Shown here piece by piece: positions 10,216 to 20,166 of a DNA stretch of 64,000 nucleotides. The number at the start of each line of letters is the position of its first letter. The first letter of the stretch is position 1. This stretch comes from Candidatus Thorarchaeota archaeon (lineage in GTDB: Archaea; Asgardarchaeota; Thorarchaeia; Thorarchaeales; Thorarchaeaceae): contig DXJO01000046.1 in the NCBI GenBank assembly GCA_019057475.1, positions 64,001-128,000 on the forward strand, written 5' to 3'. A program made the position numbers and the translations under genes. Below the pieces are notes generated by a model. The model saw only the letters and a program-made list of their open reading frames with translations, made no database searches and was not told the origin of the DNA.

Positions 10216-11258
10216 TGGCCCGTAGAATGAAAGCGGCAATGTACTACGGAGTTGGTGACGTACGATTCGAGGAAACCGATATTCCCGTGATAGGACCAGG
10301 CGAACTGCTGATCAAGGTGGGAACCGCGCTCACTTGCGGTACCGATGTTAAGACGTACAAACGGGGCCATCCACTGCTCATCAGGAACATCCCTGCTCTA
10401 TTTGGGCACGAGTACGCAGGTATAATCGAAGAAGTTGGAGCAGGTATCGATGATTTCAAACCAGGTATGCGAGTCGTGGCAACAAATTCTGCACCATGCG
10501 GTGATTGCTTCTTCTGCAAACGTGATAGACCAAACCTCTGCCAGCAGCTGAAGAATACCTTAGTCAATGGAGCCTTCGCTGAGTACATACGTGTGCCTGC
10601 ACCTGTCGTGCAATGGAATACACATCAAATACCTGACAGTCTCTCATTTCGTGATGCATCACTTACTGAACCCCTAGCGTGTGTGGTCCACGGCATAGAG
10701 GAGGCCGGTATACAACTGGGTGATACTGTCACAGTGATAGGAGCGGGGCCGATTGGGCAGATGATGATTATGCTCGCAAAGAAGAGCGGCGCGTCAATTG
10801 TGATTGCTTCTGATTTGGCCAAGTTGAGAAGGGATATGGCAGTTCGTGCTGGTGCTGACATTGTGATTGATCCAGCTGCTGAGGATCCAGTGGAACGCGT
10901 GAAACAAACAACGGATGGGTATGGTGCAGATGTGGTGATAGAGGCTGTAGGGTTGCCAGTGACCTGGGAACAAGCAGTCGACATGACTCGGGATGCCGGC
11001 ACAACCGTACTGTTTGGCGGCGCTGCCTCTGGAACCAAATTCGAGATTGACACCGCAAGATTCCATTACGGGCAGCTGACCATAAAAGGCGTCTTTCATC
11101 TGGCACCGAAACATGTCGAACAAGCATTGAAGCTAATAATAGCCGGAGATATCGACCCGGATATTCTAATATCTCACGAGATGCCACTTGAGAAAATCAA
11201 AGACGCGTTGGATCTCATGGGTTCCGGCAAGAGTATGAAAGTAGCCATTACTCCTTAG
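10216..11258 (+). CDS. Zinc-dependent medium-chain alcohol/polyol dehydrogenase
   Basis: CGTD, GHE, CGDCFFC...C structural zinc site, GAGPIG; start at 10216 or 10228. Confidence 0.93.
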
Positions 11259-11280
11259 CTGCCTGAATTGCCGAAATGAT

Positions 11281-11724
11281 ATGGTGGCTCTAGTCATGAA
11301 GTGGACGAGCAATAAAAAAATGAGGGGCAACGAGAGGGCCCTCGTAGAGCTGTTCTCAAAGATTGATGAGCAATATGAGGGGCTCCTGATTGTGGTTGAG
11401 GGTAAGAGGGATGAGAATATCCTGCGAGAACTAGGAGTTAAGGCGAGAATTGTCAAGACCCAATCGGGCAAGTCGCGGTTAGAATTTCTTGAAGAGATTG
11501 CATCAGAAGCAGGCGAGGGTGGTCAAATCCTGATACTCACTGATTTCGATCCAGAGGGTGTTGATCTGTGTAGATTCATTGAAAGGGATCTCGAACTCAG
11601 AAAGATTGCCATTCTGAAGCGCATCAGGCGGGAGATTCGGAAGTTAATGGGTAATTGGCGCTGTATCGAAGAGATGGTATCATTGTTCAAGCGACGGGAT
11701 TCTCCTGAGCCTCTAGACCCCTGA
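11281..11724 (+). CDS. Small TOPRIM-domain protein (UPF0292-like)
   Basis: IVVEGKRD...LTDFDPEG. Confidence 0.85.
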   Translation: MVALVMKWTSNKKMRGNERALVELFSKIDEQYEGLLIVVEGKRDENILRELGVKARIVKTQSGKSRLEFLEEIASEAGEGGQILILTDFDPEGVDLCRFIERDLELRKIAILKRIRREIRKLMGNWRCIEEMVSLFKRRDSPEPLDP

Positions 11725-11750
11725 CAGGATTGGCAGGCGCATGAATAGGT

Positions 11751-12773
11751 CTACACGGTGCTTCCACAGTTTGCACAAATGAACTTGCCCTGCGGAATCT
11801 CATTTCCACAGACCCTGCAGGTCCGTGTCTTGCGAACCCGCATTGTGTCTATTACATCGCCCACCTGCGGCACGAGAATGAACTTCCCATGCTCAAGGGT
11901 AATGCGGAATTCCGTTGGATTTCCAGCACGTTCAAGTAAATCAGTTGGCATTGCCAATCGATAATTGCGGTCTAGTCTAACGATTCTAGTGTCATCCATA
12001 GTGTCCAGGTCGACACCAGCCTCATGGAAGCCTGAGATGATACCATCACGAATCTCGACAGTGATGTCTGCCTTGGACGCAACCTGCTGGCTATGCGTTA
12101 CGATAAAGAATGATGTTCCAAGAGACTCATTGAGTTCTTGAAAGAGATCGAGAATGCGCTCTGAGGTTTCAGGATCGAGGTCTCCAGTCGGCTCGTCACA
12201 AAGAACTAAGCCCTTACCTTCTGTGTCAATGAGGTTCACAAGAGCACTCGCAATCGCCACTCTTGACCTCTCACCGCCACTTAGCGTCGTGGCTTTGCTA
12301 CGTCTTCTCTCCTCAAGTCCAACAAGCTTGATGAGCCTGTCAACGCGGTCCCTGCGTACCTGACGAGGAACTCCTGCAATGCGCGCAGCGAGCTCGATGT
12401 TCTGCCATGCGTTCAGATGAGGCAGTAGATTCGCCGTTTGAAAAACGAAACCACAAAAATTACGGCGTGCTTCAGTGAGCACCCTCTCGCTAAGCTTGGT
12501 GATGTCCGTGCGCAAGTTTGCCCAGTAGATCTTGCCAACTGTTGCCTTAGTGATCCCGCCCATGATGTTTGTTAGTGTGGTTTTACCTGACCCGCTGGGA
12601 CCCACTACCGCCATTATTTTTCCCTCAAGTACCTGCATGGATACGCCGCTTAGTGCAACTACCTCAAGCTCGTGGGTCTTGTATATCTTGTACACGTTCT
12701 CAACGCTGACCACAACGTCGTCAGGGTAATCGCCATAAAGGTCTAGTTCTTCAATAATGGTCATTATGCGCAC
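11751..12773 (-). CDS. LolD/MacB-type ABC ATPase with C-terminal AbrB-like and Zn-ribbon extension
   Basis: GPSGSGKTT, LSGGE, DEPTGDLD, VTH; C-terminal CRVCG...CANCG. Confidence 0.9.
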   Translation of the reverse strand: MRIMTIIEELDLYGDYPDDVVVSVENVYKIYKTHELEVVALSGVSMQVLEGKIMAVVGPSGSGKTTLTNIMGGITKATVGKIYWANLRTDITKLSERVLTEARRNFCGFVFQTANLLPHLNAWQNIELAARIAGVPRQVRRDRVDRLIKLVGLEERRRSKATTLSGGERSRVAIASALVNLIDTEGKGLVLCDEPTGDLDPETSERILDLFQELNESLGTSFFIVTHSQQVASKADITVEIRDGIISGFHEAGVDLDTMDDTRIVRLDRNYRLAMPTDLLERAGNPTEFRITLEHGKFILVPQVGDVIDTMRVRKTRTCRVCGNEIPQGKFICANCGSTV

Positions 12774-12832
12774 AACTCCTCGCTCTCGCGAGATTCTTTA
12801 AAACGCCTTTGTTCAAGCATATCTATCCACAC

Positions 12833-15742
12833 TCATAGATTCCTCAAGACCGATGCGGGGTCTGTTGAGCCAGCTCTGCGGGCTGGCAGGTATGTGCTCA
12901 TCAGCATCACCACACTCTCTAGCGATAGTACCACCATCATCATCATGAACGGGAATGACAAGACTTCAGGCAATACTGGGACAAATGGTGAGAGTCCCAG
13001 TGTAAGAATACTCATTGCGTATCCAAAAACAATTCCAAGAAAGACGCTGATCGTAATAGCCGCAACAACTGATCCTGCAAACTCGCCAAACACCATAGAA
13101 ACGACCTGTTTCTTGGTACCACCCAACGCCCTGAAGACAGCGTACTCTGGTTTCCGCTCCATCACCGCAGACCCGAGAAACAGCGCGATTGCTACGAGAC
13201 CCATTGCCGCACAGAGGATGAATGATATCATTGTCAAGCCCTGAATACCGGATAGGAATAACTGAATGGAGTTGGATTCGGCACTCACATCGAACGTTTC
13301 GAGAGTGAAGACGTGTGTATTCCTTTCCACCTCAATCGTATCAATTATGCCAGTCATATCTGCGTAGCAAACCGTGTCAGCAAAGAACAGACGTGAGGTG
13401 TCGATGAGAGTTCGCATTGACAGGAAGTCCAGGTTGACTAGGGCGAATCCACCTTGTGCTACTTGAAAGCCAAACTGGGATGCGAATGATGCACCGCTGA
13501 TATCATGAGTAGATGCCACTCCAAAGCCAGGAGCGCTACGCATCAAGCCAACTACTTCAAACGCGTTGTATGTAGTTCCGTTGATTGCGCCATAGTGAAT
13601 CTGTACGCTATCTCCCACTGTCTTGTTCCAGAGGGTTGCATAATACTCGCTAATCACGACACCATTCTGTACCGAAGCCAAGGTGGATAACACTGTCACA
13701 GAATCGTTGTTCACAAAGCTGCTTTCAGAGAATAGGCCAATGCGCTTGTAGGCTTGGGCGTCCACACCCTCCAAGAAGAACCGTTGAGTGCCAACCTGCG
13801 CCCAGGTTTCAATTGTTGGTGTGGCCTCCAATATTCCGGGATAGCTTAGGAGAGTTTGATTGAAGTGCAGTAGTTTTGGGTCGGACTCTATTCGCATGTC
13901 CGCTCCAATCGAGTAGCGTAGCTCGTTTTGAAGTGTCGCTTCAAAGCTTGACGATTGGATTAGCATCATGGTCGTTGTAGTCAGTGTGAGCGTCAGTATT
14001 ACCAGCAATGGAATGAACTGTCCCTTCCGTTTCCGGAGGCTCTGACTGAGATAGAGACTTTTTTCGCCAAGCAGAAAGCTAGTTCCGCCAGACACTCGTG
14101 CAGTGACCAATCGCATGGCACGGGAACCTAGATATGATGCTGCGAATAGAAGAAGAGCTGCTACTAATACTTCAGCAATAGCCATTGATCCTATTGGTGT
14201 TATTACTTCCGGCATGATGAGTAATGCGATTAGAACTACAGCAAGACCAATGACATAACGCCAGATACCTACATCTTCTGTATCTTCAGAGGCGTACCCA
14301 GTTGTGGGTTGACCTACTTCAGACACATCTATCCTCCTTGATACATGCATCAAATACGAGGCTGGCAGATACAAGGCGATGGCACCTGCGATAATAATGG
14401 CTAGGGGGGGAAATGCTATGTGTGAGATGAACTCAACGTAGCGATTAGGGTCAAAGGAGAAGAGCCCTGTCGAAGCGCCAATCAGAGGAGCCATGACATA
14501 CGAAAGGCTAACTCCCAGGATAAACCCTAAGGCACTCAAGAACATCGATTCCCACATGAAGGTTGAGAAGACCTGATTGAAGGAGGCCCCCTTTGACCTT
14601 AGTGCGCTAATTTCGCCTTTTCGTCGCGAGATTGATGTTTCTGATGTGAATACTGTCAGCATCAGACTCATAATCAGAACAGGAAAAGCGATGATTGTCA
14701 GAATCTGGCTCTGAAGATATGTAGTTATGAAGGCCTCGAGCTTCCAGATTTCTGAAAGCCCATCAACGATTAAACCGGGGTATTGCTCCTCAAGCTGGAT
14801 TTTGAATGCAGCAAGGTTGGTTCCGATGTTCTGTGCTCCGTACTGCAGCAGGCCCGATTCAGATGGCCTGAGAAGGACCACAGGTAGGAAAAAGCCTCTG
14901 CCAGTGACTTCGTCGACAACTTCAGTTTCTATCTCATCCTCCAGTATAATGACAGAGTCCGTGATTCCCAGAACTATGTCCCTTTCAATGCCTAAGGGGT
15001 CCCAGTTCTGACGTGTGATGGACGGAAATGAAGTGCCAATGATTGATCCCAAATCTTTGATTTCGTAAACACCGACAACCAAAAGGCTATCGACGGGATA
15101 CTGACCAAGTGAGGTTGGTGTGCCGGACTGGTCTCCGCGAGCACCATATCGAAGCAAATCCATGTCTATGGTAGTACCGACATCTATTGTGATGTTGTGT
15201 ACTTCGTGAGCATAGCCAACGAACTGTTCTGATACTAAGACCTGACCAGAAGAAAGCGAAAAATCGCCACGCCAAGTGAAGTCGCGGGACCAGTTAGTTA
15301 GAACTTCGTTCGTTGTAATAATGACCCGCATGTCTTTGATTCCATTGACATAGTTCATGCCAAGCATTGAATACTGAGACCATCCGTGGAAGAAGTCGCC
15401 TGTAAGAATCCCGATTGTTGAGGGTACTAGATGAGCGTACTCAACAAAGGCGCTCCCCAGTGCGGTTGATTGGGCCTCCAGAAGATTGGAAGATTCGAAA
15501 GACTCTCCAGCTTTGGGATTCAAGGACATCTGGTAGGATTCCGCTTGAAAGTACTGATTTACAACAAGCTCGGTACCCGTGCTGGTCCACACAAATACCG
15601 TGGTGGGAAGGGCTATGCCAATCGCCAGAACAAGAGCGATGCCCATATTGCGCACAGGGTAGTTCTTCAATGATGTCAACGCGTATGACAGGGACCACCA
15701 GGGATTTCCCTTCAGAGTCTCTGCTTTCTTCTTTGCCACCAT
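12833..15742 (-). CDS. FtsX/MacB-like ABC permease (two FtsX domains)
   Basis: RRKGEISALRSKGAS, ERKPEYAVFRALGGT, ends DPASVLR. Confidence 0.9.
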   Translation of the reverse strand: MVAKKKAETLKGNPWWSLSYALTSLKNYPVRNMGIALVLAIGIALPTTVFVWTSTGTELVVNQYFQAESYQMSLNPKAGESFESSNLLEAQSTALGSAFVEYAHLVPSTIGILTGDFFHGWSQYSMLGMNYVNGIKDMRVIITTNEVLTNWSRDFTWRGDFSLSSGQVLVSEQFVGYAHEVHNITIDVGTTIDMDLLRYGARGDQSGTPTSLGQYPVDSLLVVGVYEIKDLGSIIGTSFPSITRQNWDPLGIERDIVLGITDSVIILEDEIETEVVDEVTGRGFFLPVVLLRPSESGLLQYGAQNIGTNLAAFKIQLEEQYPGLIVDGLSEIWKLEAFITTYLQSQILTIIAFPVLIMSLMLTVFTSETSISRRKGEISALRSKGASFNQVFSTFMWESMFLSALGFILGVSLSYVMAPLIGASTGLFSFDPNRYVEFISHIAFPPLAIIIAGAIALYLPASYLMHVSRRIDVSEVGQPTTGYASEDTEDVGIWRYVIGLAVVLIALLIMPEVITPIGSMAIAEVLVAALLLFAASYLGSRAMRLVTARVSGGTSFLLGEKSLYLSQSLRKRKGQFIPLLVILTLTLTTTTMMLIQSSSFEATLQNELRYSIGADMRIESDPKLLHFNQTLLSYPGILEATPTIETWAQVGTQRFFLEGVDAQAYKRIGLFSESSFVNNDSVTVLSTLASVQNGVVISEYYATLWNKTVGDSVQIHYGAINGTTYNAFEVVGLMRSAPGFGVASTHDISGASFASQFGFQVAQGGFALVNLDFLSMRTLIDTSRLFFADTVCYADMTGIIDTIEVERNTHVFTLETFDVSAESNSIQLFLSGIQGLTMISFILCAAMGLVAIALFLGSAVMERKPEYAVFRALGGTKKQVVSMVFGEFAGSVVAAITISVFLGIVFGYAMSILTLGLSPFVPVLPEVLSFPFMMMMVVLSLESVVMLMSTYLPARRAGSTDPASVLRNL

Positions 15743-15751
15743 CTCGCCTCC

Positions 15752-18652
15752 TTACAGATTCCTGAGCACAATCGCGGGATCCGTCTTGGCGGCTTCCCGA
15801 GCAGGCAGATAAGCCCCCATGATCATCACCGTGACCTCAATCAACAAAACGGCAGTTAGAAAACCAATTGGAAATGTGATAGCTGCCGGAAGCACTCTAG
15901 AAAATGGACTCATTGTGAAGACTATGGTGCTCATCACAAATCCGAAGACCGTTCCAAGAACCAAGCTAAGGACAAGTGATGCAAGGACAATGCCTGCAAA
16001 CTCTGATAGAACCATATTTACAACGTGCTTCTTCGATGCTCCGACTGCACGCAAGATTGCATAGTCACGCTTTCGCTCCCGAACAACAGAGCCCAGGAAA
16101 AGAGTGAGTGCAAACATACTAAGTAGCATGGACATGGCAAACCCGATTGAGAATAGACCTTCAACTGTACTAAGAAACAGCGCGGTTCCGAAGGAATATC
16201 CCTTCAAGTCGAACTTCTCAGGAATAACAGCAGACAAACCGGGCACATCGTTCAGTGCACGGAGTATTAGGTCTTGGTCAGTGACACACACAAGGTCAGC
16301 CAAGAAAAGGGAAGCAGTGGAGATATCCGTCACAGTAGATACAAAGCCAAGATTCGCAATTGCAAAGCCTGAAAGACCTGCCTGATACCCAAACCCTGCG
16401 CCCAATCTGGAATAGGGAATGTCAGATTCAGACGCGTAGCCAAAACCAGGAGCACTATGCATGAAACCGATTATGATGAAAGATACGTCAACAGGAGCCA
16501 GCCGCCCGCCCACCTGAAGGTTTAGGATGTCGCCCACGGATTTGTTCAATCGGTCGGCATGATGTACGCTGATTAGGAGTCCGTTACTTACGGATGCTAG
16601 TTCGGATAGAATCAAACTGGAGTCCGCACCGAAAAAGCTCGATTCGTCAAAGCGCCCAATCAATGAGTATTCAACGGCGTCCAGTGCCTTGAGAGTCAGA
16701 TCCTCTGTGCCCACCGAAGCCCAAGTGTGTAGCACCGGAACTGCTCTGCTAACACCCGGATACGTTTCTAGAGTATCATTGAAGCTGAAGGGCCGAGGAG
16801 TACCTCCAACTCTGAGGTCGGCTCCCACCGCATATGAAATCTCCTTCTCAAGATCTTCATGGAAACTCTCTGCTTGGACAGTGAAGGCAATTGTAGATGA
16901 TAGTGTGAGAGCAAGAACGACCATCAGGGGAACAATTCTACCCTTGCGCATCTTCAAATTGCCTGCAGAGATTAAATTCTTCTCACCCACAAGGAATGAT
17001 GCTTTCTCGAAAATTCTTGCAAAGCTTCGCCTTGAAAAGCGAGATCCATTGTAGGCCAAGAAGAACCATGCTGCTGTTCCAAGACCTAATTCTAGCAGAA
17101 GGAGGAATGGATTATTGGGCAGGAAAAGCACAGCTCCGAGGACTATGGATAGAAGCACAACGGAGGTTCCCACAGTGAATCCAATTGCTTCCGGTTCAGT
17201 TGACAACGGCTCTGACACATCAATTAGGTGTGAACCAATCTCAGTGCCGGCAGCCTTCTTTGCTGAGCCAAGTATGAAGAGAAGAGGAGGTAAAATAGTA
17301 ATTAGAACAGAGATCACAAATGTTTCGGGCTTTAGCACCGTGGCTTGAAGATAGAATGCGTAGAGTTCCCAGTCAAACACCATGAATGAAACGGTTGAGG
17401 GTATGAGAGCTGCGAATAGCACGCTCAAGACCATACCGATGATGATGCTGAGGGTCGCCATAACAATTGACTCGGATAGGAAGATGCTGTAAATTTGGCT
17501 AGAGCTGGCACCTTTCGATCGTAACGCGCTGACCTCAGTCTTGCGGGCTGCCATGAAGGTGTCAGCTGCAAAAACTGACAGGAAGAGTGCGAGAATGAAT
17601 ATTGGCAGATTTAACAATGCCAGAGGCATTGTTTCCACGTAGGTGTCCACAATACCTTGGAGTTCGAGTATCTCGCCGAGTCCGTCAATGATAACGTCGT
17701 ATTGTTCGTCCACTCTTGCTTTCAATGTGAGAAGGTTATCGGCCATGCGGTCCGTACCAGCCGCAATAAGGTTGTCACCCGATGCACGTATGAAGGCACG
17801 CGGACCAAAGAAACCATCTTCGGAAACATACTCTACTGGCAAAAACTTTGAGAATACCATTATACTATCGCGGATACCGAGTACCGGGGTGTGATAGTGG
17901 TGAAAGTCGTAATTACTTCGCATAAGCGACGGAAAGCCTGTTTCAATCAGTGAACCGTAGCCCTCAATCTCATAGATGCCAACAATGACGAGAGAGTTTA
18001 GACTGTATCGCCCCATACTTCCGATAGGTGCAGGAGTGTATGATGATTTAATTGTCAGTAGCTCGATGTCAAGGGTTGAGTTGATTGTTAGGGTGACTCC
18101 AAACAATTGGTGTACGTAATCGACAAATTGCCTTGAAACCAGGGTTTCGCCTTCTTGAAGCTCAAATGCGCCTTCTGTGTTGAAACTCGGAACTGCCGCA
18201 CTCAGGAGCTCGTTGTCAACGAATATCACTTCGCAATCTTTCATTCCCTCTGTATAGATGGGTTCGTCCAAGCCATACAGCGTATTATCGGGCAGTTCCG
18301 TGCCCCACACTATCCCTACTGTTGAATTGACCCGATGTACTGATTCGATGAGGGGATCAGATTCAATGTATGCGTGAGCCAAGTTGACCTCATCTGTTCC
18401 GCCTGCAGGATTATGAACCATTAACTGGAATGAGTTGTTTTCAAAGTACCCATTCACACTGACTTGCACGCCGGTATCCGACCACACCAAGACTGATGCA
18501 ACAAGTGATACACCCAGACTAAGAGTCAACGCGAGGCTCAATGCTCTGAACGGGTACGCCCTCATGGAACTAAGAGCATAAGAAAAGGCATACGCACGAT
18601 TGCCTTTCCGAGGCGGAGTTTTGATTTTCGTGCGGTGAACCAAAGCAATCAC
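15752..18652 (-). CDS. FtsX/MacB-like ABC permease, paralog of the adjacent gene
   Basis: RKTEVSALRSKGAS, ERKRDYAILRAVGAS, ends DPAIVLR. Confidence 0.9.
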   Translation of the reverse strand: MIALVHRTKIKTPPRKGNRAYAFSYALSSMRAYPFRALSLALTLSLGVSLVASVLVWSDTGVQVSVNGYFENNSFQLMVHNPAGGTDEVNLAHAYIESDPLIESVHRVNSTVGIVWGTELPDNTLYGLDEPIYTEGMKDCEVIFVDNELLSAAVPSFNTEGAFELQEGETLVSRQFVDYVHQLFGVTLTINSTLDIELLTIKSSYTPAPIGSMGRYSLNSLVIVGIYEIEGYGSLIETGFPSLMRSNYDFHHYHTPVLGIRDSIMVFSKFLPVEYVSEDGFFGPRAFIRASGDNLIAAGTDRMADNLLTLKARVDEQYDVIIDGLGEILELQGIVDTYVETMPLALLNLPIFILALFLSVFAADTFMAARKTEVSALRSKGASSSQIYSIFLSESIVMATLSIIIGMVLSVLFAALIPSTVSFMVFDWELYAFYLQATVLKPETFVISVLITILPPLLFILGSAKKAAGTEIGSHLIDVSEPLSTEPEAIGFTVGTSVVLLSIVLGAVLFLPNNPFLLLLELGLGTAAWFFLAYNGSRFSRRSFARIFEKASFLVGEKNLISAGNLKMRKGRIVPLMVVLALTLSSTIAFTVQAESFHEDLEKEISYAVGADLRVGGTPRPFSFNDTLETYPGVSRAVPVLHTWASVGTEDLTLKALDAVEYSLIGRFDESSFFGADSSLILSELASVSNGLLISVHHADRLNKSVGDILNLQVGGRLAPVDVSFIIIGFMHSAPGFGYASESDIPYSRLGAGFGYQAGLSGFAIANLGFVSTVTDISTASLFLADLVCVTDQDLILRALNDVPGLSAVIPEKFDLKGYSFGTALFLSTVEGLFSIGFAMSMLLSMFALTLFLGSVVRERKRDYAILRAVGASKKHVVNMVLSEFAGIVLASLVLSLVLGTVFGFVMSTIVFTMSPFSRVLPAAITFPIGFLTAVLLIEVTVMIMGAYLPAREAAKTDPAIVLRNL

Positions 18653-18654
18653 CT

Positions 18655-19428
18655 CTAAGTGGTCGAACCGCTGCCTTCAGACTGAGCATCAGAAGAAGTT
18701 GTGACGTCAACACCACTTGGCTTGAAGAACTGTGATATGAGCTCTTCGACCAACACACCGTCACGCAGAAGAAGAATCTTATCAGCCATTCTCGCAACCT
18801 CAGGGTCGTGTGTGACTACTAATACGGCTCGATTCTCCTTTTTGGCTAGATCCTTCATGAGTTTAATTATTTCTCCGCCCGTCTTGTGGTCCAAGTCTCC
18901 CGTAGGTTCATCGCAGAGCAGAACTGCCGGATTATTCGCGAGCGCTCTTGCCAAGGCCACTCTGGATCGCATCCCACCTGACAGCTCATGAGGCATATGA
19001 TGAGCCCTGTGATCTACGCCAACTGCCTTGAGTAGTTTCATGGATCGTTCATTCCGATTCGCTGGCCTGACTTCATCAAGAAGCATGGGTACCTGAACGT
19101 TCTCGATGGCAGTGAATATTGGAAGAAGATGTTGATCTTGAAAGAGCACACCAATCTTATGTCGTCGCATCTGCGACATATTCTCGTCATTGAGCGATGT
19201 GATATCGATGCCGTCAACGATTATGCTTCCGCCAGTTGGTTTGTCAAGACCGCCTATCAGGTTCAACAGCGTTGTCTTGCCCGAACCAGAGGCGCCTACG
19301 ATAGCGATGAAGTCCCCCTTCTTGACTGTAAGGTCCGTCCCACGGAGAACCTTGATGATACGTGAGCCATCTTGGAACTCGCGATGTACACCGATGCAAT
19401 GAACTGCGATATTGCTGCCGTCTTCCAA
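18655..19428 (-). CDS. LolD/MacB-type ABC ATPase
   Basis: GASGSGKTT, LSGGM, DEPTGDLD, VTHD. Confidence 0.93.
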   Translation of the reverse strand: MEDGSNIAVHCIGVHREFQDGSRIIKVLRGTDLTVKKGDFIAIVGASGSGKTTLLNLIGGLDKPTGGSIIVDGIDITSLNDENMSQMRRHKIGVLFQDQHLLPIFTAIENVQVPMLLDEVRPANRNERSMKLLKAVGVDHRAHHMPHELSGGMRSRVALARALANNPAVLLCDEPTGDLDHKTGGEIIKLMKDLAKKENRAVLVVTHDPEVARMADKILLLRDGVLVEELISQFFKPSGVDVTTSSDAQSEGSGSTT

Positions 19429-19585
19429 GTATGCTCTCTCCAGTGTCAGATTTCGATTCTTCCGGATTTTTAAGGTTGCTACTGGAGCAACGAAGTATTA
19501 TCCCCCCAGACAAAACCCTACTTAGAGCTACGGGTCAAGGCGAAAAGACAAAAGTAGCAGTTCAACTGGATGTACGGTATCACCC

Positions 19586-20077
19586 ATGAGGGTATTTGCA
19601 ATCTCAGGCCTGTCGGGCACAGGAAAAACAACATTGCTCGAGCGGTTGGTTCACGAACTCGTGAGAAAAGGGTACTCTGTCGCTACACTGAAGAGTACGC
19701 AGGAGGATGTGTCTGAGCCGGAAGGAACAGATACGTGGAGGCATCAGAGGGCAGGTGCAAAGGCAACGGTCCTACTGGGACCTCAGAGCACCACAATCCG
19801 ACATGGTCGCCGAATGACGCTCAGAGGAATTTTCGCGGACTCGGATTTTGACTTTCTCCTAGTAGAAGGTATGAAACGGAGTAAGATACCAAAGTGCTGG
19901 TGCGTGGGGAGGAACAAGTTGGAGCTAGAGCAGTTGCCACCCGAAACGATAGCCGCAGTCGCGTGGGATCAGCCAAAAGGTACCGCTGAGATCCCGGTCA
20001 TCCAAGAGGGGGAACTCAGCACATTGGTCGATATCATCGAAAAACATGCTGTTGAACTTAGTCAGCTTGAAGACTAG
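19586..20077 (+). CDS. mobB: Molybdopterin-guanine dinucleotide biosynthesis protein B
   Basis: GLSGTGKTTL, EGTDTWRH..AGA, LVEGMK. Confidence 0.88.
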   Translation: MRVFAISGLSGTGKTTLLERLVHELVRKGYSVATLKSTQEDVSEPEGTDTWRHQRAGAKATVLLGPQSTTIRHGRRMTLRGIFADSDFDFLLVEGMKRSKIPKCWCVGRNKLELEQLPPETIAAVAWDQPKGTAEIPVIQEGELSTLVDIIEKHAVELSQLED

Positions 20078-20166
20078 GCGTTACGCTCAGGTTCTACTCC
20101 GAAGGGTATGCGATTGCATGGCTCATTTCGGAAACTATAACTATACTGCTCCTACAAGTCGCGTTC

